Positions 22,613 through 37,512 of a stretch of 64,000 nt of DNA are shown one piece after another. The DNA lies in assembly GCA_977030845.1 (NCBI GenBank), contig OZ365118.1:19592001-19656000 (forward strand), given 5' to 3'. Position numbers and translations under genes: made by a program. The notes below the pieces were generated by a model. The model had not been told where the DNA came from and made no database searches. It worked only from the letters and a program-made list of their open reading frames with translations. The DNA comes from Fimbriosthenelais zetlandica (taxonomy: Eukaryota). Each line of letters starts with the position of its first letter. Positions within the stretch are counted from its first letter, which is position 1.

Positions 22613-25600
22613 ACTGATCATAGACAGGGACAGTTAGTTAGTCGCTCATCGCCACTCTTTATTCCCACCTTTCCACGCGTCTAACTTGATATACTTTCTT
22701 GTGACTTTTAGATACAAAAATAATATACACTGTAGCCCTTAATGATGTGCCAATATCGTTTAACAAACCGCCCGTGTTCAATTAATGCAATGCTATAGAC
22801 TTGACAATGTTATAGCTGTGAAGATACCCTATGACTGAATGGCACATGGGTGAAGTTATAAGAATGCAGTTTCAATTGAACAACAGTAAGATATGTGTCA
22901 AAAATGGCATCCTTGATGAATATGGAATTGTATTGTCATTTTCTATTAGATGGAGTGGCGTTTAATCAATGTTAGAGGAGATAGTTCTGTAACTAGTCTG
23001 TAGGAGTTCCTCCTCCAGCCTTTCACTGTAAGAAAGTACTGTAATGGAGGTCACAGCTCCACTATAGTTTAACATGGACAGCACGTCGGTGGTCAGCGAA
23101 CAAAGATTACACCTCCACCCCTGAGACCTGAGGTCAAGAGAAGCTTGTCATAAACAATCCACTGACCAATCTGCCTCCACAACAAACCTTATTATTGTCT
23201 TATATATGCTGCACGACTTATTGGCCCTGCCTTTTATTGCTATGGAACAATGCCAATACAATTGTATCTCCCAGAAATATTGAGTTTTTTGATAACAGAC
23301 CTTGTTAAATTTGTTCAAATTGAATGTAGCATTCTCAGTACACTAAGGTCCTGTCCTTGGGTTCGTCCACCAAGCACTCTAACTCATTCCCTGGTGGCCA
23401 GTTGTGCCTGCCTCAGGAATCATGACCTAACTTTCCAAGCACGATTTTGTCTGCGCATACTGGAGAGAATCTTTTTTCTTGTCCTTCCCAATCTTTTAAG
23501 CCAGACAAATCTGTGCTGGTCCGGCGCGGGAGCACCCGTTATAATTGTGTATTCAGGGGGCGTTCTCAGGGGTCAATATTCAAAGAAGATTGTGGTATAA
23601 AGAAGTGAACGTGGTGCGTTACCATGCTGTATTAGAGGGCTATATTTATCACGGTATCACATCGCCTACAACCACATCCCCAACCCTCCAGTACTTCTAC
23701 CACCAGCATCATTATGTCTCCTATACCCCTCACTGACAGCTCGCGTCTTTACAGTGGTTGAGGGTAGAGGGTTTAGGCCTGCTTTATGAGCATGTAGTTT
23801 AGCCTGTAGCTATACAATCACAGAGCCCCAGCTTGAGACGCGGTGATTGAAGCCAGGACTCCACTATACCACCATAGAATGAGGTTAAACGATGGGGGCT
23901 TCCCTCTCACTAACATGATGGACCCCTGACCTTTACTGAGGGCTTTAGAGAGGGCCTGTAGATATATGGTCACCAAGGAGGAGTGGGTATTTATCATACT
24001 AATACTACATGAAGCTAGGACAGCCTGGGCAAAGTGACCTACCACGACTACTCCTATAAAGGTCATTTAGTTTTATGGCTTTTGTTTTTGCATTTTCTAA
24101 AATTTGACCTTAAATCCTGAGTGTCTTGATAGTTGATAATCAATTTTTAGAGTGGGTGGTAATGTCTTATGGATTTTGGTAAAACACTAAACATACTATG
24201 GAGGGTCTATGTTCGTCGTGGGAATAGACATATACTTGTTTACTGCTGAGCGGGATGTAGAGAAGGGAAACACTCCAATATCTCTTATATTACCGTCCAT
24301 TAGCTGAGATGCTAATACGGTAAGAGCCATCAGTGGTTGTCAATCTGTGACTATCTCTGAGACTTACACAACCCTAAGCTGAGAGAATCAGGAAGCTGGA
24401 TCCATCCTAGATGAGAGAAATAAACCAGGTCAACTCACAAACCCACCAAATGTGTGTCCCGGGGGAGGCTTCTTCCCCTTATACTCCCCAGGGACGCCTC
24501 ATTCCCGCTCATTCCACCAATCAGGGTATTAAGGTGGAGTGGTCTATATCAGGGAGATGGCCTGGCTGTTGACACACACACACTCCGCACCACCTAAATT
24601 ACCGAGCTCAGCTTTCCGCCGAGACCAATGTCTGTATAGACGGGAGAATAGCCCCACCTCCAGGCTGCCTCTCTACCCTGACCGTTTAATTGGCAGTGTG
24701 AGAATACTGGCTGATGATTTGATGTATATCGGCGTCTTTCATCATCCCTCCTGACTGTGTAGTGGGTGTTTTACACCGTCACAGCTGCCTCTCACACCCA
24801 TCACAGGGCTATGTAGAACACGGGCAAATTTCAATGTAATTTGTGACAGAAACACATTTCTGTGTTCCCTTAAACTGCCTCGGGGGATTTAGCGGCGGGG
24901 AAGGTGTGAGCGTCTAGAACAATGGTGGTAATTACTGCATTGTTAACGTGGGTGGTGGTGGGGGGTTCTACCAGCGGCCTGAGTATACTCTCACTCTCCC
25001 TATACTACTCACAGTGTAGTCGTATGAGGCTCATACTGTACCTTTCTGCTTTAAATGCCATTTTCATTCACTGCAGAATCCAACCTAACATCAACTGTAT
25101 CGCATTAGGGACATTTATGGGTACATGAGTGGAACCATCAGGGCCAAGAAGCCCCAGCTCTTTCGCTTTTGTATGACTATTCATTAGATTTTTTTCTTCT
25201 GGAATCTATTGTGCAAAGGCCAAGGGTGCACTCATCCAATATGCCCATTAACATAATTAAAAATTGATTATTAAATGGTAAAATTTAGGTTAGCTTTTCC
25301 ATTGTCTTCAAATGTTGCAGTCGGTGAGAATAATGTGAAAATATGGAGAGGCAAGGACAAAGGCAAATCAATGGAAATACTGGCGAGTGCAGCCTAATCT
25401 TGAATGCCTCCTGTTCATCTAAATCACACCCTCTTTGCTCTGCCCTCAATTTGTCATACTTGTCAGCTAAATTTTCCAAAATGGCGTGACAACAGAATGA
25501 TGTGGTTTTAGGGGGAGAATGGGGGAGGGGTGGAGTGGTGACGGGAAGGAGTATGATGGGATGGGTGGAGGGGAAGGAGGGGGAGATGGGATGGGTGGAG

Positions 25601-28600
25601 GGGAAGGACGAATTGACCAGAGGCATGCTATGGTTGTGTTGGGTGGGGGGATGGTGAAGGTGGGCTGGAGTGGTGATTGTAAAATCGATGCTTGATGGTG
25701 GGAAACAGTGCACTCAGCCTGCCTATATATTAACTGGCCATCCAGGCCACCATGTACATGGCTTACTTGTTGAATGTTGCTCATTCTACAGCTGATATTA
25801 CCGTCAAACAATGGACATAAAATGGCAATCTTTGCTTTGTTCAAAATATCATTATTCTAACTCCAAAATGATGCATTTTCACTATGTTTGGACTAGTTAT
25901 TTCTGTGAGTAAAACAAAGGATACTGTACTTAATATCCTTAGTAAAACTGTCAGATTGTATGGATGAAATGACACTCTTTGCTTCGTAAAATTACTCATA
26001 TTTTTCTAGATGATACATTTACATGGATGTACTATATGTATAATAATGGTCCGTGTATGGAGTAATATATAGGCGTGTATGAATACATTGTGATGCATTA
26101 TGTCCATTAGGAGTATGGTCCACATAACGACCCACCATAGAGTGGGCGGGTGAGTGTAGCATATGTTAGCGTGTAATGACCAGCTGATGTATATGAGAGT
26201 CACTGTCCATTAATCATTACATCTCTCATGAATAGATCAATAGGCTCTACAATAGCTGGAGGAAATGGCCACCTATTGACGGGCTCTGAACCCGGGCAGG
26301 ACTGAGAGAGGGTCAGGTGGTTTAGTAATGCATGGCTGGGTGGAGGCATGGAGGCTGGGAGAATCAATGTGTCTCTTATCAATGTTAGATGAATAACTCC
26401 TCATGGCCGTGCAGATGTATGCATGCATGAGGTAAACAATACCAAGATGGAATATTAAATCATCTCTACCTTCATATATTATTCCTTAGGATCTCTAGCT
26501 TTAATTTCAATTGCAGTTTGTGGATTTGAAGAAGGGAGAATGTTAACACATAACAGCATAACATTCAGACAATTGTTGACAATTTTTGTCTGCAGTACAT
26601 GGATAATGTATACGTTCTCTTCTTAAAATTGAATTTGAATGAGAACAGCATTGAGACACATGATAATGGGAAAAAATTTGTAAGAAACTTGCTATATTTT
26701 ACAGCCTGATCATTGAATGATTTAGAGAGAGTATCCACTATTAAACACTTGTCAGTATTTAAGTAGATATGGATCAATAGCGGTGATGGTAGGGTTGGTT
26801 GGTGGGTGGGAGGTGGAGGTACAGCTGCTCGGATCACAGTATCTGATGGTAGTTTGAACCCAGGCCACCATCAACAGGTGTTAGGCTTGTTTAATCCTCG
26901 TCCAGCTGTACGAGTAAAGCTGGCAGACCCGCGGGGCAAGGTGTGAATATAAAACATATGTTACCTCCCCCTCTACATGTACTCCCACTCCCTGCTTCAC
27001 TTACAGGTGTTAGATCCTATAATCCCCTAGATTCAAATAATCCTTTCTTGATTATTAACTCAAGAAAGCTTTGTAAGATCATTAATAAAATGGGGAATAT
27101 TATATTTTTGATCCCACGATAAAAATAATATAGATTCTAATATCTCTGAGATATTTGTAATTTGTCTTTAGAGAGATTGACCATTGCATAGCCAAATGAT
27201 TGTTGTACACTGGTTCTATTGTGTGTTTGTGAAGTGAACAAGTCTCCATTTTCACCGACCTGTCCATTATAGTGTTAGACATGACAGGAACCACTACCAA
27301 CATGCACGCTGCACCTTTAACACAGGATCAAGTGTTAACCACTGAACGATCACAAACCATCTTATAGCGTGCTGAACTTTATTACAAGCCTTAACGTGGT
27401 GAATCACATCACGAGGCTGACATGCATGGTGGTGGTGGAGCTCTTATACTAAATTAATGCCATAGTCAGTGCTTAAATAAAATTATAAAGTGGGTTAAGA
27501 AAGTAGCATAATGATCTTGGATCTGTTTTATAGTAGATCCAGTAGGAAGTAAAGCGTATTAAAGTAAATATAATGAGTATTAGTTTGGATGGATGACTGA
27601 TTGGAGGCTGTGATTGAGCGTGAACGTGCCCAACCACCGACTAATGACATGCTGTATCACGTGATGGTCATGTGATAGAGACCCACACATGGTCAGTACT
27701 AGACATGTCCCACCCACCAACACTCACTGCCTGTCTATTGAATTAAGGCGAGCTGGCAATCAGTTGGGATGCACCCATTCTGCACTGGTTGTTGGTCTGT
27801 GAGTGGGGATGGCAGTAGGAGACTGTATGAGGTATCGTCACTTTAAGCTGGTGGTCGCTGTACATGATGGGGTGGGGTGGGGGACATTAACAAGCCTGTA
27901 TTGACGGATTAGTCAGCTAACTGAACCTCTCATTACCCCTCTATCCCCTCCCTCATCCCACACTCTGCCAACAACAAGGCCAACTTTGATGGTGGAAAAA
28001 AGCAAGAGAAAAAAGTCACCGCATTCCCTGACTCGGTGTGTGGTACTCACTGGTGCCAGGACATGGGAAGGCTTGTATCTCATCCCACATTTCAGGATGG
28101 ATTTTATAACTTGATTCAATGCTTTTATAATATATCAGTGAAGACAGTCCTGCTTTGATATCAGGACAGAAGATTGAAGGTTTTATACTTTGACATTTGT
28201 TGAATGTCAGCAGTAAATTTTCTGTATATTTTATTCCCAACTACATCAACACTTCCCCAACACTTCAGTGGAGGTGGAAAGGCCAGTGAAGTGGTTTTTA
28301 CTTCTCCTTCCATCTTTTCCTCCATAAATGCATTTTCCAAGCTTGACTTGCCAGAAGGTTCCCATCTCAAGCCTCGTAGGTGAATAAAATATGTGGGGAA
28401 TGCAGCATATAAACGGTGGTGAATTGTGAGAGGCATTCTCCAGGCTAACTGATAGCTGTATTATCAAACACCTACCACTATCACCCTGATCCCACAGGCC
28501 TGATTTAGGTGAAATATGACAGTGAGACCAATAGGTGATTTACAGATTCACATTTCAATGATGTGTGAAATATAGACGCCTCCAGTACTGGGTCAGGGCA

Positions 28601-31600
28601 GGCACAGCTAGAGCTGACCTGATCAAGTTAACAGTGGCTTCCCTAAGGAAGACTGGGCTGGCCCTCATCTTATTTGAGATGACAGGCTAATGTAATCTTC
28701 CCACTTATAGTGTGTGTTGGGGGTATTTATGGCTGCTTCTACCATGCCGTGAGGGACGACCATATACACTGTCAAAAATAGATGTAGGCCTATAGGCAAC
28801 TACGATTTTCATGAGTGTATGATTAAGATGCCATCAATAAACTGGTGTGAGAATTCATGACAAATTTGGGATTAGAGAATTAAATCAGGAAATAAATATT
28901 CCCACATTTTGCGTACAAGAACAGACTCTGATGAGTTTAGTTTTAGAGTGTATGATATTGACATGAGAGCCCCTGTTAGGCTGAGGGCCATTCATCGTAC
29001 AGTGTTAGGGTGACTGGCATATCACACTCCGCCTGCTCCGTCTATAATGGTAGTCTACGTGCCATGTAAACACCATCTCTCCCGGCCAGCCATGGACCTA
29101 ACAGCCCTGACTCTCACCCATATTCTTATTCCATACAATCACCATACAATTGACCAATATAGGCGTATATATGGCAAGGGCCATATATACGCCTCATTCT
29201 GTGGTCAGTCGAGTGGCTATTTCTACCTCTGAGGGCCATATAGCCCGGGATTGTACCATATATATTGTGAAGAGCCAGCCTTATTGTTATCATTCAGATT
29301 CACCCATTGTAATGTTGATCTGATAGTATTAGAATCGACATTAGAAGGATTCGCTTCATTGTTGAAAAGACTATACCCTCAACAGCCATGGATGCAATCA
29401 CTTGTTAGATCACTAATCTCTGAAAGAAAAAATGAAACCTTAACTAGAGTTTATTCTTCCTTTGTGCCTCCTCCTCCCCAGCATTACAGTGATCTGTCAC
29501 TGGCATGTTTTTAACCAGGAAGATGTGTAATCTTTATTAGCCTTTTCATGCCAGTGATCGGGTGGCCAAGTCCGCCTTTCTTTCAAGTCATCAGACTATC
29601 TGGCTTATTAGGTCGATGCATGTGAAGTCTTGAAGAGATAAAAAATCTCTTTGTTCGATGGCAATAAGCCGGCAAGATGAGCGGAAGGAATTGGATTGAA
29701 ATGGCTTCCTTTGTCTGTAAACAGTTCACATTTCATTAGTGAGCTTTCTATATGGCTGAAACCCCGGACAGACAGTTATTGAAGAAACTTATTGAAAGTA
29801 GTCTGTCCTGAAGTAAGTCAACTATTCTTCAATCATTCCATTCACAATAGGCCTACCATGATCATTGTATTGAAGGTCATGCATCAGACACACTCGTCTA
29901 TTGTTGACCTGTTCTTCCCACTCATTCGTATTCCCCATCTAGTTTATGAATTGCATTGCCAAAGGTCAATGTTAATAACATTTAGAGATTGTTTCGCATA
30001 AAAGCTGATGAAAAAGTGCTGTTGAATTCAAAGCCGAGCTTCATGTAAAAATACGATCTTCGGGGGTGATCAGAGCTCCCTGCAGGGAAGTATTCACGTA
30101 ACTTGATAATGACCATGGACTCACTCCACTGAACTTAATATGGATGAAAAAATTATCACAACTTTTCACAAAAGCATCTTCAGTGAAATCTGAGCAAAAA
30201 TAACTTCAAACACGCTGAAATCTGGTGATGTTCTTATGATTGCTTACACTTGTTTGGCATCTCTCTGGAGAGGAAGGAAGAATAAAATGCCCAATTACAC
30301 CAGACTTCCCCGACTCTCTCTATTATCATGCTCCCACTACAGCCAACCCTCTGAGCGACTCACAGAGCAGCTCACGGAGGGAGGCAATGTCAGCCAGCCC
30401 CTGCACGCGAGCCATTCACTCAGACTTTGATGTAGCTGAATGCCTATAAAAAAAACTCAACCACATGTACCAGGGAATTTCCTCAGTCTTTTAAAATATT
30501 TTTCATAATTTTTGTCCTATCTATATTCATCCAATATTCCCCATCTAATTCCTTATCGAATTTGAAATATATTACCATTCGAAGATGTACCATTTTGCTC
30601 TCTGATTTAGTTGGAACTATCAAAAATTGATATAGCTAAAAAATGAATATAAATAGAGGGAAGGGAGCTAGTCTATATGTGGCAGTAGAAGGTAGTGATT
30701 GAGGCACTGTATCTGCTCCTGGCCATTGTGGTCTATAATGAGGGATGGGTGGGAATGGACTACAGACAGTAGGAGGAAGTGGTAGGGAAGGATGGGGTAT
30801 AATAGTGTTAATGTACCTCTATAGTACTACATACAGTACCCTCTATACACCTACACACACACTACTGAGACTTACACTATAGTCAATGATCAAACAAAGC
30901 CAGTTACTGTTTTATACTTTACAATCTTTTATCTGTGCATTTGACTTTTCATGGTAATTGTCTGGTAAAGGGGATGAGAAAGCGTAGCGTTATATTAGCT
31001 TTATTCCAGCATATAATATTGCACACATTGCAGACCTGTTCAGCCTCATACATTGCTATTGCTGGCTCGTACGAGTCCTCCATATAAAGGCATGTATAAC
31101 TGTGATTTATCCCGACCACAGCCCCTGATAAATACTCACAGTCCACAGTGGCTTCCAACAGCAATGCAGATTTCAACCATGATTGGGTCTCTTTGGGTCT
31201 CATTCCAATATAGCGGGTGAATATATTGCCTTGCCTTTATTGATCGCACAGCGGGTGGCTACCTCACAGGCACGGACACTCAAAGTAAAGTCACAACCTT
31301 CAAGGTCCCTCAATGGTTACATGGGGTCAAGCCTTGACCCAGTGGTCAAGATGAATTATAGGCACGCTGAGGTGATGCTCCCAGGAGGCTGGACATTCAC
31401 CCATTACCCTTACTCCATGTACTAATTGATATAAAGGTCATTCTGAATCTGTCAGGGCCTCTCCAGACAGAAAAAACTCATGCTTTATTTTCAAACCTCG
31501 ATTTATTTTGCTGATAAACTGATATGAAAATGGACATAATATGTATCTAAGCCCTAGATCATGCTCACTGATGTTGCTCCATTTTTCCAAACCAGTTCTC

Positions 31601-34272
31601 AGAACTAGTCATGCACATTTCAAATAAAACCCCTATACTTTTCACTGAATATGGGGTTAAATTGATATAAATCTATTTCAGTCCGAAATTTACATAATCT
31701 AAACTTCTAATGGAGACATGAAAGCCTCGGATACATGTTACATAATAGCATTAACATGAGCTGAATGCTTCATACATGTAATCAGTGGTGAAGGCATGTC
31801 TGTGAGCCAGGATGTGGAGAAGAGGCGCAAATAGGTGGATCACTTCATACCATCAGATGTTATATAACAATGATCAGTCAATGTTACCTCACTTAAAGGC
31901 CTGCTAAAAGGCAGTGAGGTAATGAAGAGTGTTATGCGCAGTAATCGCTGTTATGGAATGTTATGGTTTGTATTAGCTGGCCTGTCATGTTATGATTTGT
32001 GTTATATCTGGCCTGGGAGATCCAGCCTCCTATCTATAACTTGATAACATGGGAGCTAAGCTTGATCTATCCCAGCACGGTATCTTCTCATCTCTAGACC
32101 ATGAATTTCTAGTTTTCTAGAATGTCTAGTTTTCACGGAACCATATGAACAATGTGTATTGCACAAATAGTAATTATGTAAGCTTGTATGCAGGAGACAC
32201 ATGTACTTGAGATGTCAATTCTTGTCATATGTATCCAAGTTCATCAGTAGTTTATATTAATCTTTTTTCCTATCTCTAGTCTGTCTATTTTTAATTGGAA
32301 AATGTCAGTAAAATATAGCCATGAGCAGCCAGGGTGAGTGCCTGTCATTCATACCCATGGCCTCGTCTCCCTTGTGATTTTGGGGACAGGAATATTTGAT
32401 TTGACTTGGTCAACAGTCACTGAATAGGACGCGGCCAGTTCATGTGCCCTGATTCTATGGTCCATTTCCATATACTACTCTCCCTACCAGTAGGCTGAAC
32501 TACTGGGGTAAAATATTCCAACCATAACGAGTAGACCTAAGAAGCACTGATGAAACTCAAGTCCCTCCAGATATTGGGATAGTTTTACATGTTCCTTTTT
32601 TACCCCATGAAGAAACCAATTGACCTGAAGGTCCCTTGTGTTTCAAAAATCAATAAGTTCAATGTGAGGAAGGCCCATACAGGGGGCAGTGATGGCTGGC
32701 CTAATGAAGAGGCAGGGGATGTGGCTGCAGCCTTCTTATTATCTCCCTGCTTCAAAATCCACCGCCCATCACCTCTGATCCCATTAAACTCCCCGCATCT
32801 CACAATCAACCTTTTCAGTTCGTTTTTTTTTTAATTCAGAGGACCCATTTAAATTCAAATCAACATAATATATTGGCTTGAAATTAGTCTCTGGTTCAAC
32901 AAAAAGCCGTGTTTTCAATTGAACATGAATTGATAGGATCGTAATCGATAAACCGGCGCCGAGGGTTGATGGTTCCCCGGCCGAGGGTGGATGGTTCCCC
33001 GGGAAACCGTATCAACATTGATAATCAGACGATTGGGTTTTACATCAACATTAAAATCCACCTGATGTGAAAATTGAAGTTTAATTTTTGTACTCATAGT
33101 GAGATGAGTGAAATGTGTCCGAGTAATTGGAGAATGTGTTTTCTAACACAGTAACCTGAGGGCCACCCACAGTGGCTGTCCCCGTCCTGCTGATTGCTCT
33201 GCTTCCCTCAGACCTAACATAACAATAGTACATGTTATAGGGGTTAAACATGCCCCCTGCCTCCCTCTCTCACCCCCCGTCACTAGACTGTGTTATGTTT
33301 ATGTAATGAGAACCATTTTGACCTTTTCCCCCGCCGCTTGCCACAGCCGTGTCCCCCCCCCCCCCCCCCAGCACAGCAGGCCCTGCTATTACATCTTGTC
33401 ACAGTGTCGCCTGCTATCCACACACCCATTACTTCTTCCCACCTCTCTTCCCCCTTACTCAGCATATTTTTCACCCTCCTCCCTGTCGGGGCCTGCAGGT
33501 CCCAGCCTAGAACAGATGGCACCGACTCTCGGCCCTTGGCATGTTAAATATTTAATAACACAAATATTCATATGAATTCTCACTCCTTACGACTTGTTTA
33601 CACTCGATGCGCAATAAGAAAGATAAGCTTTAAATAATAATTAATGCGTGTAACTGGGATCCATACTTTAGCCTGGAGCTGTGATAAAAACCAGGTGCTT
33701 TGAATAGTGAGTGGCGGAGCTTAAAGTGCGGAGGAAAAAGCGGTGGATGAGGTGGAAGTCATTAATATTGTCCAGTTTCCTCCTAGCGCCTGCCACCAGC
33801 TCATTACCATCCACCTTATTCATTCCGCTCTACTTCCCTCACCAGATTAGGCAAGAGCAGCTCCCTGAGTCGCTCATCGCTATACTCCGTGACAGCTAGT
33901 CCCACATGTAACGCCCAATCCTTGCCTGTAGATATCTGATATTGAATTGATGTGCTCACAGAGTATAGTTCCAGGTTAGGAGCTGCTCCATGTGGTTACA
34001 TTGCTATGATTCACGCTTCATGGCATGTGCTCTCCCCCCCCCCCCTCCCCCTCCCCCTCCCAATCCCCCACTCGGCCATTTGCTAGCCAGACACAACCCG
34101 TGTTAAAATCAACACATTTAATTTGATCTCATCAAAGTCTGAGTTTCCCTTCACCTCAACACCTTCCCTTACTTCTAATATACTCCTGTATTCCTCTCCT
34201 CTCCCTGTTCTCCCTCTTGCACCATCTGTCCCCTTTCCTTGTATTTATCCCTCCCTCTGTTTTCCCACTCAC

Positions 34273-34293
34273 GCGCCGTTCCCCATCTCTCGC
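34273..34293 (-). CDS. Otop: Candidate 21-nt in-frame otopetrin microexon (REMGNGA) or short ATG exon
   Basis: Long pyrimidine-rich tract upstream, acceptor cctcag|G, donor GC|GTGAGT, phase 2/2. Internal gagATGG at 34286. Confidence 0.45.
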
Positions 34294-37245
34294 CTGAGGC
34301 GCTTTCCGTCAGAAATTAACGTATCAAAGACAGAAAGATGTAAAAATACAAAGCCCCTCCATGTTTTTGCTGGTCCTTCATTGTTTCCCCGTGGATTAGT
34401 AGCTGGGTGGGTTATTTGTGTGTGTGGAGGAGGGGAGGAGGGAAGTATCAAGGCTTCTGGTTGAGCCGGGGAGAGGAAGAGACGGGGTGGATGGGGAAGC
34501 CAGGAACGGCGTTAAGCCAAACAAGCTTAATGACACGCGCAAATGAAGCTAAATTAACTCATAAAACGACACGCGTGTGAAGGTAGCGATAAGGGGACAT
34601 GCTACCTCCTGACCTCAATATCTCACTCAAAAATCACCCAAATCCTCACAAAATCCAACTTTTACATCACTCAATCCTCCCAAAATCCAACCTTTACGTC
34701 ACCAAATGGCACCTAAAAAGCCCATCATCTACTCAAAAAGGTTGAGTGATTCCCATTGTTGATGTTGAAACTGATGCCTCACAGACATTGTATAGGACTG
34801 AAGGGGTACAACACCCAAAGAAATCACATTCATTTTCCTCCCCTCATTCCCTTCCACCCAATGTCACCAAAAAAAGGCTCATCAATTCCCAACTGGGATG
34901 ATTCCCTTTGTTGATTAGGAAAGCGATGCGCTGGGATGTGGCATTGTTTTGGTGAAGAGTTAAGAAGGGAGAGTTTATTCTGGATGTTCAGGGAGGTGGG
35001 GTGAATCATCAGCTGATGTCATTGTGAGAGGTCCCTAGATCTCAGTCCTCTGTCTTAATACCCAGCTCTCTCATATCACACGTTTAACGCATTATGTCAT
35101 TATCTTTATCATGATATCCTCTACATGACAAATCTCACAAAAACCGTAATTAAAAGGCATTTCTTATACTAACTCATTTTCTTTTCTATAGTCGTAAAAG
35201 AATGTCAATTATCTGCTTATTGATGAGATGATTTCACGGGGAAAAGAAGAGAAAAAAAGAGCAGAGATAACAACCAATTATGATGTGAAATATGGCAGTT
35301 TGCTGGTCCAGTTTTGTTGACTATATTGCCTTAATATTGACTGACTGTATCAAAATTCAACTTCTTGGCAACACAGATTGTCTGCTGGGCAACAACACCT
35401 CATAATGTCCTCAGTCAAATCCAAACATTTGCAAAATAAAATGAAAATATTAGTTTTTGTCTGGCCAGGCTGTGGATGGCCACGGGCCTAATTGCCACGT
35501 TTGACGTGATTGCCTCATTTCTGGCTCCGTGAACTCACAATCCGCTAATATTGAATTGTCAGATTGTCATTACCCGAAAAATGTTTATTGGGTGCATACT
35601 GGTTACCAGGGTCAAGAAGCCACTGCTAATCATCCTTAATTAGTGACATGTCTGCATATTATTACTTCTCCAGATGAAATTGTTTTGATGAATAATATTT
35701 TCACCACACACTTCATTCTGAAACACGTTCTGAATGATATTAATATTTATCTGGTGCTTTTCATGGCAGATGATGATGAGCAATAATTTGACTGGTAATG
35801 TTTTTCTGGTCGGTGTAAGCAGCAGACCTCATTTACATGACGGTAATGTAACGTCTATAAGAAGCTCTACCTTAATGTGCGAGCTGAGGAAACATCTCAT
35901 CTCCTCCTCCCATCAAGTCAGTTCCTGCCCAGTCACTCCCACCCAGCCCTCACCCAGCTCTCACACAGCCCATCTAATGCCACACAAACTGTACGTATCC
36001 ATGCTTAATGAATGTTTTCTCCCCTCCCTACCACCCATTAATCGCCTCCCATATTACAACCCTCTATTCTGTCCTCTAAGTACACACAGACACTCATCTG
36101 TCTCCACCAATTGCCTTGCCTTCTTCCCGGGTTCAGTTGTACTGCTTATTGTGCCTCCCTTAATTGCTATGTAGCAATACTTTCTGTTAGGGTGCTGTGT
36201 GTGATTATTTTGCTCTGGGATCTAATGGATTCTCACTGCATAACAACATTGTTATATTGGCTGTATATGATATTGTTATTGCGATAGCGTTTTGCTAAAA
36301 TATTCATTGCACATATATATGCAATACAGTATATATTCCCATGTCTCTTCTATAAGTGATGATGACAACATCTTTATTGTTAGTTAATGGTTTTATGGTC
36401 AGTGTCTGTAGCTTCCATGCAGCTTTTTCCACCATCGATCCATCCTTACAGGTGCAAACCTTGGGTTCCTCTCAATACATCTCTATCCACACAAAGGACC
36501 CGGGTTTGGGTTGTCAGGGGCGTGTCCAATATTCCTGCACTCAGGACATCAATGTGTACTGTGAAAATATTATTAATATTTGAAGGGACTCATTTTCCAT
36601 GATAATTGGACATCCTATAAATAGACATGTGTAACCTAAGATATGGGCATTTTTACTGCACTGGAGCCTGCCACTGATTGTAACGGCTACAATGGCTTCA
36701 CTTTATAAATAGTTTTCGACTTCATCAGTTTGCTAGTAAGGCTCTTGTTCACCTGCCATATCTTGTTTCTTGTAGCTAGCAGTATTGTGACAGTCAATGA
36801 TAATTGTCTAACCCGGTCAGACATGGCCTGCCTTACATGGAGCGTTATTAAAGTCTTCATTATTAATGTATGAAGCATGAAGTTATTACAGCTTCATAAC
36901 TGCCTCACCCAGCCACACACCACATACAGCTTCATATAGAGAGCTTCACTTATAGCCATGACCTGTCTTAATATCCATCCCTCCCACCATGGTTCCCTAT
37001 ATATACCCACTCATTGCTTCACCTTCTCCTGGGCCCTCCCTCATTCCTCCCCTCATTCTTATACACTGTAAACCCAATATGTTTAATTGACAGATCTTTA
37101 AACCAGTATTTTTATCACCCATAAGTATAAGGAGTTTTTCGATATATTTGAATATATTATCGCAGTAGAATTGCAATAGTATCAACCTTACTAGCATCAA
37201 GACTATAGTGAATATGTATAAGTTATCAGCAGGACCTTTCACAGC

Positions 37246-37512
37246 ACCTGGTCTGCTAGTGTAGACGTATTCCACCACTGTTAATTCCCCCTGCTATAAT
37301 TGACCTATAGTAAAGTATGATGACCAGCATTAAGGCTGGAGGACCCATCTTACCTGCCATACTGAGGGTGAGTCTCAGTACCTGGTCTGCTAGTTTAGAC
37401 GTATTCTACCACTGTTAATTCCCCCCGCTATACTTGACCTATAGTACAGTATGATGACCAGCATTAAGCCTGGTGGACCCATCTTACCTGCCATACTGAG
37501 GGTGAGTCTCAG
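37246..37512. repeat. 134-bp tandem duplication covering the 3' end and donor of the MACCC exon
   Basis: Copies start at 37246 and 37380 and differ by only a few substitutions. Confidence 0.95.

Noticed and set aside
25285-25844. Pro-rich ORFs of 125-142 aa
   Set aside because: They arise from G-rich low-complexity DNA with a 30-bp duplication; no splice or domain support.
31140-31180. Further phase-2 ATG-donor segments (MVEICIAVGSHCGL at 31180; MSWHQ near 28.06 kb; MGEEAR near 46.4 kb; MVV near 54.28 kb)
   Set aside because: Weak donors or very short ORFs with no promoter support. This many are expected by chance in 30 kb.
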